Shown here piece by piece: positions 13,801 to 24,937 of a stretch of 64,000 nt of DNA; the stretch's first letter is position 1; each line of letters begins with the position of its first letter. The position numbers and the translations under genes were made by a program. The notes beneath the pieces were generated by a model. It ran no database searches. It worked only from the letters and a program-made list of their open reading frames with translations, and had not been told where the DNA came from. Origin of the DNA: Zygnema circumcarinatum SAG 698-1b (lineage: Eukaryota > Plantae > Zygnematophyceae); assembly GCA_037447605.1 (NCBI GenBank), contig CM074816.1, forward strand, positions 2,384,525 to 2,448,524, read 5' to 3'.

Positions 13801-14182
13801 CATGTTACAGAACAAATCGCTCTGAACCTTCTCCCTGCTTCCAAACTCGACCCTTTCCATGCCGCGTTCCATGCAGGTCCGTTACCGTTCCGACCTCCCT
13901 CTCGTGCTCAACAACGTAACTGTGTACATGAAAGGCGGTCAAAAAATCGGAGTCGTCGGAAGAACGGGCAGCGGAAAGTCAACTTTGGTCCAAACCTTGT
14001 TCCGTATCGTGGAACCCTCCGCCGGCTCGATACGTATCGACGGAATCGATATATTGCAAATTGGCCTGTCTGACCTGCGCGCCCATATCGGCATCATCCC
14101 TCAAGAGCCGACTCTCTTTGAAGGGAACGTTCGGGAGAATATGGACCCCATTGGACTCTGCTCGGACGACGAAATTTGGGAG
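7657..14182 (+). CDS. ABC transporter C family (MRP/ABCC), multi-exon, 3' end missing at assembly gap
   Basis: L0 motif (LFTWMNPL), TMD1, NBD1 ([22 protein letters not shown]), TMD2 ([14 protein letters not shown]), NBD2 Walker A (GRTGSGKST) to DDEIWE. NBD2 signature and Walker B exons were not found after the gap at 14400-14499. Confidence 0.95.
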
Positions 14183-14499
14183 GTACGGTTTTTCATTTGT
14201 TAGAAACTGTCTTTATTTTGATTTTTTTTTATGGGTTCGCTACAACTTCCAGTAGTGGCGCAAGGGTTAGGTTGTGTAATGTGGGGTGGGGGGAGGGAGG
14301 GAGGGGGAAGGGAGGGAGGGGAAGGAAGAAGGGGAGGGAGGGAGGAGGAGGAAGGGGAGGAGAGGGGAGGGAGGAAAGAGGAGGGAGGGAGGAGGGAAGN
14401 NNNNNNNNNNNNNNNNNNNNNNNNNNNNNNNNNNNNNNNNNNNNNNNNNNNNNNNNNNNNNNNNNNNNNNNNNNNNNNNNNNNNNNNNNNNNNNNNNNN

Positions 14500-15847
14500 T
14501 GAGCCTCCTTCCACTCTAGAAGTAAAGCCCACCTTGCTGGATTCCCTTGCACAAGACTTGCCTTGTCTCCTTGTGAATGACCTCACAACTACCCTTCTCA
14601 AACCATACTCCATTGTCCTTCTCACACAGCTGACTAACAGAGAGGAAATTAATCTGTAGTCCGGGAGTATGCAGTACGTTACCAACATGGACAACCCTCT
14701 GCGTGCTTCCCTCCCCGAGCACCTCCAACTTGATTGTTCCGCCTTGCGTCACCGAGACTCCATCTCCAGTTGCCGAGTAGACCGAGCGGGTTCCCTCCAA
14801 AGTTTGCTTCCCTGCAAAGAGTGAGTCGTCCACGCACATGTGCCTTGAAGCACCGGAATCAATCACCCAAGGTTTAGCTGAATTTTCAACTCTAAGACAT
14901 CCGACAAACTCATCATTAGGTCCCCAGGTCTGAGAACATCAAGTTCGTCTCGTGAATCCTCTTGCGTTCATCTCTGGGATACTTGCCATCACCCTCCTCC
15001 CTTCTTGCTCTTTTGGAGCATCTGCATTCGAGGATGAACCACCATTCTGTACGTTGGGGCAGTTCCTCTTGAAGTGACCGGTCTTCCCACAAGAGTAGCA
15101 AGCCTTTTGAGTCTTCAGCTCTCCACCATCTTTGGCTGCGTTTGGTCCCTTGCCGTTCCTATATGGGCGCGTTGTTGCAGCATACAGCTTCTCTGAACTT
15201 GACCTGTACTGCTTCTTATCATGAAGACCATCGTCCTCTACTACTCTCCTCTTAACCTGCTCAAAGGTCATCTTAGTCGTAGAAAGCTGAGTTCGTAGAG
15301 CAATGCAAGCAGGGTCAAATCTATCCGGCGAGCCTCCAAGGAATAGACTAATCTTGTGATCCAAGTGAAGGGGCTGCTTCATCCCATCAAACTTTTGCAT
15401 CNNNNNNNNNNCTTCATCCCATCAAACTTTTGCATCAGATTATAAAACTTGATCACATAGTCTTTAAGCTCCTCCCCTGAATCCAAACTGAGTTTTCCTA
15501 GCTTTGTGTAGAGATAAACTATAGTGGCATTATCTACCACATCATAAATCTTCTCTAGAGTATCCCACATCTCCCGAGCTGTCTCTAACTCTGAAATCAG
15601 GTCTGTAGGCTCCTCACTAACGCCAGCACAAAGCAAGGTCCTAACCTTGCAATCCTTAACCCTCCACTTCTCAAACTCAAGTGGATTAATCTCTGAATCT
15701 GGGGCCACAATGGAACCATTCACATACCCCAACAGCCGCTTGTTCTCCAGCACTGTGAGCATGCGAAACTTCCACCGGTTGTAGTTCTTCCCATCGAAAG
15801 TTGGAATGGTAAACTTCACGTCTTCTTCGCCTTCGGCTCTCATACCA
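14500..15847 (-). mobile_element. Ty1/copia retrotransposon fragment (PBS, gag with CCHC knuckle, protease, pre-integrase)
   Basis: PBS TGGTATGAGAGC (15836-15847, minus); gag KFTIPTFDGKNYNRWKFRM, CYSCGKTGHFKRNC; protease IDSGASRHM; NFLSVSQL. Confidence 0.93.
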
Positions 15848-18800
15848 TGTAGCGAAACGCTACAGTCACCCAAGGAGGTATACTTAGGGCGTACCCCGCT
15901 CTAATATCCTCGTCCCGGTTGCCACCTAATGGTTACGACGCCGAACCTTGGACTAGTAGGTTTTGAGTTCGAACCTTGGCGCTGCGGCCCCTGGTTCTCT
16001 TTTGGAATTCCCTAGTCGTCCGTACGATTGCGTCGTACGGACTGACCGACATTTCTGGCCGCGCGTCGCGCGCCAGACCTAGCTGTGCACCGCCGCACGA
16101 AACCGCGCCGCGCCGCGGCACGGTTCTGTGAGATGCGGCGGGCCCACGAACTCTTGTCCTCATCTGATTTTTTCAGTCAGAGGAACCCACGTGGCAGTCT
16201 GCCATTGGACAGCCCTGCTTCCGGTCCCCCATGCAGGTAGGGGNNNNNNNNNNCCGCCGGCTGGTGGAATCGCTGCAAGAGGATCTCCGACATCTGTCGG
16301 TGAAGATGGACCACTTCGGAGAAGGTATGTCTCGATTCAAATCTCAGGCTGTAGATTCAGAGGCGGTGGCGGGGAATGCCACCGTACCTGGGGTTAGGAT
16401 CGGGACTGCGGTCCATGCCTCCTCGTCTGTCCCGACATCCTCTCCGGCTGCTGAATCCAGCCGGCAGATCACTGAGCCCCCTGCTTCTTCTACAGGGGGA
16501 AGCCACCCTCGCGGGGGTGGTGGCCCACCCAGCGGCGGCGGGACCCCTACGGGGGCGGCTGTTGGCAGTGGAGGAGAGCACAGCCGTGGGGCTGCTCCTC
16601 CAGAACCAACCCCAGAAGGGAAGAGGAATCGGGCCAAGGTGCCGCCGATTTCCTTCTGGGGGGAAAACCCTGCAACCAACTGCTCAATTGAGCAGTGGTT
16701 GGGTCAAACAAAGGGCTACCTTTGTGCGACCGACTGCCCACCGACCAAGTGGGTAAGCTTTGCTTACCCATCGCTCAGAGGCTCCGCATACCGTGTGTAT
16801 GAGGGTCTCTCGGATGTAATCGGTGATGACTGGGATAAGTTCAGAGATGAACTTATCAAACACTTCGGATCCTTGGATCCGGGAATGGAGGCCAGGGACA
16901 AGTATCAAAACCTGGTCCAAACTGGCAGTGTCAAGCAGTACCTGCGTGACCTGCGGCAAGTGGTGCCTCAAATCACCACACCCTACAGACCAACTCAGAC
17001 TGAGTTCTTTTTCCATTTCAGGAATGGTCTGAAGCCTCACATAAAGAGGCAACTTCGGCTGAACCCGAGGACTCTCAAGAATTGGGAGCCCTCTGACTCT
17101 GAACTGAATTTTGATGCAGCAATTCAGATTGATACCACCCCTACCAATGAGGCAGGACCATCTAAGACACAACCACCGCGAGTGGGTGATGCAGAGGGCG
17201 CCGGAAGGGGCGCTGGCTTTGCAAAGCCCTCCGGGAAGGACAAGCGGAAGCAGTCGTCTTCCTCCGGAAAATAGGCTCTTGCAAAGGTGCAGAAACTCAC
17301 TCCGCAGGAGGCGAAACGAATGCGGAAGGAGAACCGGTGTTTCCGGTGCCGCAAGGAGGGACACAAGTCCCACGATTGCCCCCTAAACAACAAGGACAGG
17401 AAGGGGAAGGGCCCGGAAAACGGGTCCCCACCAGCAGCTTAGGAGCCGCTGCGGGTGGGAAGACTAGGCAATAGATTAAGAATGCAGCCGCTGCCATCAT
17501 GAACCAAACCCCAATGTTTCTGAAAACTGGGGAGATTTTTAATGTGATGGGCAGAATCTGTGGGGAGGGGGATTTATTTGTATGTGATCCTCTTCCTGTG
17601 GCATTATCCTTGTCTCCAGCCACTGTTGTGGCTCCTCCTGGTTTTCTAGATGTGGTGATGAAATCCCAATGGAATGTTATTATTCTCAATACCATGGGTG
17701 CCCCCACTTTGATGGAATGCTCTTTGGATGCCTTGCGTTTGATGCATTCGACGGATCGTGTGACAACGCTGCATGTTCTCATGCCCCAGCATCTGTCAAT
17801 CAGCACGTTCACCAACACCGCTTGGAAACTTTCCAAGCGGTGGAGAAAAGGGCACCCCATGGTGCATGGAGGGACAGGATCCACCGGTAAAATGGTGCGA
17901 TCACCACACACATTGGTGTGGAGGACTGCAAAGCCTCAAACCCCGCATGTAATGCGCTCAACGTTCCACCTTGGCCATCGTGCAATGACATTCCACTGGT
18001 CCGTTAATGGACAACCAGCAGTGATACTGCTAGATACAGGGGCGGATGCTAACTTTGTTAGTTCCACCCTGACCAAAGAATTGGGTCTGACCACAACTCC
18101 ACATGCCGAAAGTGTTACTTTCGGGGATGGGCGCAAAGGCCAAATCCTTGGCAGCGTCACGCTCAAGATCAAGCTCCAGTCGTACTCAAGGGCAGCTCAG
18201 TGTTTAATTACACTTCTGGCTCCTGGTACGGATGTCATACTGGGCAGTGCTTGGTTAACCATGGTCAAAGCCCAACTCGATTTCTCCGTCCCACAATGCA
18301 TTTTGCATTGTGGTGGCAGACGCATCACACTTCATCCAGGCCGACAACCAGCAGCTGCTGCCAAGCAGGCTGCCGCACCTTTCCTCTGCTCGGCCATGCA
18401 GATGGCTAAAGCAGTGAAGTCAGGTTGCACACTATTTATGGTGCATGTCATGGCAACTACTAAAGATGTGCATGACGATGACCAAGAATGGCAAATCACG
18501 TCTTCGGATGTGTTGCCAGCCGTTCCAACCAAGTTCCAGCCTCTGCTGGACGAGTTCAGGGATGTTTTCCCTGACGACCTTCCAAGAGGGTTGCCGCCAC
18601 CTCGCGGGGTGGGACACACTATACCTCTTGAGCCTGAGCAAAAGCCGCCTTGGCGGCCCATCTATCGGTTGAGTCCTAAGGAAACCGAGGAAATGCGAAA
18701 GCAACCCGCCACTTTACGTGACAAGGGCTAGATTGAACCCAGCCAAAGCCCTTTTGGGGCACCAATTCTTTTTGTTGGAAAGAAAGATGGATCTTTACGT

Positions 18801-21800
18801 ATGTGCATCGATTATCGTGCACTCAACAAGATCACCGTAAAGAACCGTTTTGCTTTACCACGTATTGATGATCTGCTAGATCGTCTTCACGGTTCCAAAG
18901 TGTTTACTTCACTTGACCTTGCTCAGGGGTATCATCAGATCCGTGTGACGGAGTCTGATGTGCCAAAAACTGCGTTCCGGACACCCATTGGCCATTTCCA
19001 ATACAAGGTGTTACCTTTTGGATTTACCAATGCCCCGGCAACTTTCCAGGCCGTCATGAACGAAATGTTCCTAGGCATGGACGAATTCGTACTCGTTTAC
19101 CTCGATGACATTCTTGTCTTCAGTAAGACAGAGGATGAACACCTCGAACACGTCCGGAAAGTGTTTGAAATATTGAGGAAACACACATTTTATGCCAAGA
19201 GGAAGAAGTGTAACTTCATGCAGCGAGAACTGCTTTATCTTGGGCATATCCTCAATGACCAAGGCCTTCGGCCTGACCCAGCCAAAGTCTCTGCGGNNNN
19301 NNNNNNTCAATCAGCACGTTCACCAACACCGCTTGGAAACTTTCCAAGCGGTGGAGAAAAGGGCACCCCATGGTGCATGGAGGGACAGGATCCACCGGTA
19401 AAATGGTGCGATCACCACACACATTGGTGTGGAGGACTGCAAAGCCTCAAACCCCGCATGTAATGCGCTCAACGTTCCACCTTGGCCATCGTGCAATGAC
19501 ATTCCACTGGTCCGTTAATGGACAACCAGCAGTGATACTGCTAGATACAGGGGCGGATGCTAACTTTGTTAGTTCCACCCTGACCAAAGAATTGGGTCTG
19601 ACCACAACTCCACATGCCGAAAGTGTTACTTTCGGGGATGGGCGCAAAGGCCAAATCCTTGGCAGCGTCACGCTCAAGATCAAGCTCCAGTCGTACTCAA
19701 GGGCAGCTCAGTGTTTAATTACACTTCTGGCTCCTGGTACGGATGTCATACTGGGCAGTGCTTGGTTAACCATGGTCAAAGCCCAACTCGATTTCTCCGT
19801 CCCACAATGCATTTTGCATTGTGGTGGCAGACGCATCACACTTCATCCAGGCCGACAACCAGCAGCTGCTGCCAAGCAGGCTGCCGCACCTTTCCTCTGC
19901 TCGGCCATGCAGATGGCTAAAGCAGTGAAGTCAGGTTGCACACTATTTATGGTGCATGTCATGGCAACTACTAAAGATGTGCATGACGATGACCAAGAAT
20001 GGCAAATCACGTCTTCGGATGTGTTGCCAGCCGTTCCAACCAAGTTCCAGCCTCTGCTGGACGAGTTCAGGGATGTTTTCCCTGACGACCTTCCAAGAGG
20101 GTTGCCGCCACCTCGCGGGGTGGGACACACTATACCTCTTGAGCCTGAGCAAAAGCCGCCTTGGCGGCCCATCTATCGGTTGAGTCCTAAGGAAACCGAG
20201 GAAATGCGAAAGCAACCCGCCACTTTACGTGACAAGGGCTAGATTGAACCCAGCCAAAGCCCTTTTGGGGCACCAATTCTTTTTGTTGGAAAGAAAGATG
20301 GATCTTTACGTATGTGCATCGATTATCGTGCACTCAACAAGATCACCGTAAAGAACCGTTTTGCTTTACCACGTATTGATGATCTGCTAGATCGTCTTCA
20401 CGGTTCCAAAGTGTTTACTTCACTTGACCTTGCTCAGGGGTATCATCAGATCCGTGTGACGGAGTCTGATGTGCCAAAAACTGCGTTCCGGACACCCATT
20501 GGCCATTTCCAATACAAGGTGTTACCTTTTGGATTTACCAATGCCCCGGCAACTTTCCAGGCCGTCATGAACGAAATGTTCCTAGGCATGGACGAATTCG
20601 TACTCGTTTACCTCGATGACATTCTTGTCTTCAGTAAGACAGAGGATGAACACCTCGAACACGTCCGGAAAGTGTTTGAAATATTGAGGAAACACACATT
20701 TTATGCCAAGAGGAAGAAGTGTAACTTCATGCAGCGAGAACTGCTTTATCTTGGGCATATCCTCAATGACCAAGGCCTTCGGCCTGACCCAGCCAAAGTC
20801 TCTGCGGTTACGACTTGGGCTGAACCGACTGACTTGCATCAGCTTCGGTCATTCTTGGGATTTGCGAATTATTTTCGTAAATTCATCCAAGGGTTTAGCA
20901 AGTTGGTTACACCCATGACTAATTTGACACGTTCCGGTGTCCCTTACGCATGGACCCCTGAATGCCAGGCGACATTTGAGGGAGTGCGCCATGCACTTGT
21001 TACGGCACCCACGCTAAGATTAGCGGACCCATCACTCCCCTATGAGGTGGTATGTGACGCGTCGGGATTCGCCCTAGGTGCCGTCTTGTTCCAAGAAGGC
21101 CAACCTCTCGCTTATGAAAGCAGAAAAATGAACCCCGCTGAACGCAACTATTCTGCAACAGAACAGGAACTCCTTGCAGTTGTCCACGCCCTGAGGACAT
21201 GGCGGTGCTATTTGGAGGGGGCGAAAGCGGTAACGCTGGTCACTGATCACCGTCCGTTGACATTCCTCTCCACCAAACAGACCTTGTCTAGGCGGCAGGC
21301 ACGCTGGTCTGAGTTCCTCCAAAGGTTTGACTGCAAGTGGGTCTACCGTCCAGGGAGGCTGAACGTGGCGGACCCATTAAGCAGGCAACCTCGGCATCTT
21401 GCCTAGATGACGCACTCGACGACTCGGGAGGTGGAGGAACGACATGACAGAGGTGAAGGGCTGGCCAACCCTGATCTTCCGTCTCCAGCATGCTTTGTCA
21501 TAGATCCCTCCACTAGTGACGCAGTCGGCCCTCCTGCTCTCTCCGATCTCAAATGAATGATTCAGGAGGGGTACGCTGGTGATCCTTTGTTCCTGGATGG
21601 CCAAGGGAATGGCTATAAGGACAAAGTGGTGTCCAAAGGCGGATTCTGGTACCACAATCAGCAGTTGGTCTTGCCCAAGGCCGGAAATGAACGGCAGCTC
21701 ATTCTGAGTGAGCTACATGATCCTCCGTACAGGGGTCACATGGGAGTTGCCAGAACCCGTGAGGCACTGCTCCGTGAGTTTTGGTGGCCTGGACTCACGA

Positions 21801-22741
21801 GGGATGTGGAGGCATATGTACTCGCATGTCCAACCTGTCAACGCAACAAACCACGCACTGGCAGGATCCTTGGCCAGGTGCAACCTCTCACCCCTCGTTT
21901 CCGGAAGTGGGAAAGTGTGGGGATGGACTTGATTACAGACCTTCCTGTAACACCTCGGGGTAATGACTCCATCATTGTGTTCGTCGACCGGCTTAGTAAA
22001 ATGGTGCATTTTGCACCTACTACTAAGACAACTGGGGCCGACGAAGTTGCGCGGTTGTATGTTGACAAGGTGTGGAGCCAACATGGACTACAGTCGGAAA
22101 TAGTTTCTGACCGTGACCCCCGATTCACTGGCCACTTCTGGAAAGAAGTTCTCAAGATCGTGGGAACCAAGCAGGCTCTGAGTACAGCCTTCCACCCGCA
22201 AACCGATGGCCAGACAGAAAGGGTGAACCGGATCATGGAGGATTATCTCCGGCATTATGTGGGACCCCTCCCGGATGGGTGGGATCAGCTGCTCCCAATG
22301 TTGGAGTATGCCATCAATAATGCTTTCCAGGAGTCCATAGGGACCACTCCTTTCTTCCTGAACTTTGGTCAGCACCCCCTAAATCCCCTGCAACCGAAGG
22401 ATCAGCCACCTGACCTGTGGAACATGGACGTCCACAGAACCAACGATCCTTGGCGCATGAGGGGCACTGATGGGGATCAACCTCCCGCAGTGAGATCTTT
22501 TGTCCAGCTAATGTCCGAGGCGCTGCAAAGGGCACGGCAGACCCTATTAGCGGCCCAGTCACGACAAAAGGCCTATGCTGACCGCGGGCGTGCTCACCTC
22601 ACCTTCGATATTGGCACTGAAGTGTTGTTGAGTACTGCCAACTTGAAACTCAAAGCTTATGGCGGAACACGTAAGCTATGGCCCCGTTTCATTGGACCCT
22701 TCAAGGTCGTGAAGCGAATCAACGATGTCGCTTACCGGTTG
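15848..22741 (+). mobile_element. Ty3/gypsy retrotransposon copy 1 (partial 5' LTR, gag, extra domain, PR, RT, RH, IN; scattered stops; 3' end at gap)
   Basis: LTR 15848-16243 homologous to 28481-29067; gag with CFRCRKEGHKSHDC; PR LLDTGA; RT YLDD; RH CDASG; IN HDPPYRGH, CPTCQ, D-D-E core, KLWPRFIGPF. Confidence 0.97.
17415..17459 (+). other. Putative -1 ribosomal frameshift signal (G GAA AAC + 5 nt + stem-loop) at gag/pol junction
   Basis: pol ORF (17499) is in the -1 frame relative to gag (16231); hairpin cccaccagcagc-ttaggagcc-gctgcgggtggg is conserved with compensatory changes in copy 3 (34445-34488). Confidence 0.7.
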
Positions 22742-22751
22742 NNNNNNNNNN

Positions 22752-23540
22752 AAAACAGTGACTTTTTCACCGGGCAGCTTTTACAAAGGATTTTTTAGAG
22801 AAAAATGTTGTGTCCTTTTTCTGAAAACATGCACTTTTTCGCCGGGCAACTTGTACAAAGGATTTTTTAGCAAAAAATGCTGTTTCATACTATTCAGAAT
22901 AGATACAGGCCTTTTTTCGTTGGGTGTACGGATGGTGATTTGACTGTACGAAGCGCACGCGTCTACAAGGTATAAGGGCGCAAAACGTGGAGCGACATGA
23001 TTGGTCCGGCAACATATGAACGTGAATAGTATGTTTGGGACCGTGACGTGACAAAACGAGACGCGAAAAAAGTGGAGTCCGCGGACGGCAGTCGGAAATG
23101 GCAGGAATTAAAACTGACAGACTTTAAAAACCCATTGTAGGGTTTTTGAGTGTCTATAAGGAGACTTTTTGATATACAGAAAATCCCCAGCCACACCATG
23201 GGTGGGGTACGCTTCAACAAAATTCTGTCATTTCATATAGTCTCCTTATAGACATTGAAAACCCTAAAATGGATTTTTAAAAATGCATGGGTATCCCGCC
23301 ATTGCGGCGCCATCGCCGAATACCGCGTCTACCGTCGCGTCGCGATCAAGCTATACTGTCACGCGTCATATGTTCGCGCTTAACCATCATTGTGTTGCAC
23401 CCTTATACCTTGTAGATCGCGGCGGTACATTCCAATCACCATCCACGCCCGTAAGATGCATATGTCTACAAAAGTATGAAACAGCATTTTTCGCTAAAAA
23501 ATCCTTTGTAAAAGCTGCCCGGTGAAAAAGTCACTGTTTT
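22752..23540. mobile_element. Foldback/MITE-like ~790-bp imperfect palindrome
   Basis: 47-bp perfect inverted repeat (22752-22798 / ~23494-23540) plus nested inner inverted segments (tctacaaggtataaggg; gtctataaggagact) centred near 23205. Confidence 0.8.
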
Positions 23541-24937
23541 CAGGAAAAAGGTGACTGTAAATAGAACTTTCCTTAGAGATTTTATCCGTGTTTACCGTAC
23601 AGCGGAATAGCGTGATCCATGTCGAAAATCCGTTTTGATATACAGATTTTGTATTGAAAAATAGGTCAGGTTAGGTTAACACCCCTAATACNNNNNNNNN
23701 NNNNNNNNNNNNNNNNNNNNNNNNNNNNNNNNNNNNNNNNNNNNNNNNNNNNNNNNNNNNNNNNNNNNNNNNNNNNNNNNNNNNNNNNNNNATTTGAGTT
23801 CTCCATGTCCTAAGTCAGCATCCTTCTCTAAAATGCCTCAAACGGCGAAAACCAGTTTGACCCGATGTCTCTGCCTAACTAAAGATAAGTAAAACATCTC
23901 TATAGAAAAGTTGTGCCAAGGTTTTTGAGGACCAAGTGCATACAATGTACTTGTTGTGAATCTTATCGCCATTTGAGGCGACTTTAACCTTCCACCCCGT
24001 CAAGTAGCCAAATAAATGCTGTGTCTCACTAGAAGAGATTAGGAGTCGTGATGGAAAATGTTAAATTTGAGACTCGACTAAGTACTGCACGAGTTTCAAG
24101 GATCAGGAACTGCGATATCGGGGTTTCATTTCCTTACTCCTTACATGAGTCGATGTCGACAAAAGTAACGGCACTGGTGTGACGAATTTATCTTAAAATA
24201 TTGTAAGCACAATGTCAGCTTTCGCTAGACTTTCCTCCTTCCATTCAAAATAAAGCAGCGATGGTATAGAGCAAAGGGGGAATTGCAGCAACTGGCCAAT
24301 ATTCAAACTTTCTTTTTTGCCTCTATTCAGCTCGCTTGATTGGTAATCAAACAGTAACCAAATCTAAGTAATCTAAGTAAGAGAGTAATGGAGGATCCCA
24401 TGACAGCGAGTAGACACGGCACGGCCCGGACATGTCTGCTGCCGTACGGACACATGGCAGATTCCTGAATCCGGCCTACCATTGGTTGCCACGTGCCACA
24501 GTTACTCCTTTCACGCATGATGACGCATGGTGCATGGTGCCACGTCATCATGCATGGGGGAGCCAATGAGGCGCGTGGGATCCGGCTAATCTATCGCAAG
24601 TCGTTCAAATTCAGGGGCCCGGGGACATGAGAAATGTGCGAGGTGTTTTGTTCGCTCAAGAGGGACCCCTTGAGACGAGGAGGGCGCCCGTGCACGCATG
24701 CTGTGGGGGTCAAAGCATGCAAATAAATCTGGATTTAGGGCTGCAGCCAAGCGGCCTCCATATCGTACAACGCCATGTAACGGCTTAGGTATGATAAAAC
24801 CGAAATATAGCTGAGTCTTTCATTACTCTTTTTGTTAAAAACAACCAAACAGTATTTGTTACGCTCCCAAAGGGAGAATCTGGAAGTTCAAAGTTCAAAG
24901 TTGCAGATATCGACATTCAAAGTAAAGGCTCGCTTAC

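Noticed and set aside
14183-14499. ABCC disrupted by retrotransposon insertion
   Set aside because: The break coincides with a 100-N gap; missing exons may simply be unassembled
15362-15439. Short direct repeat in copia gag
   Set aside because: Identical sequence on both sides of a 10-N gap; assembly overlap
17797-20797. Apparent tandem duplication of the gypsy extra-domain/PR/RT segment (about 17797-19296 repeated at 19307-20806)
   Set aside because: Copies look identical and are separated by a 10-N gap; most likely a scaffolding overlap artefact
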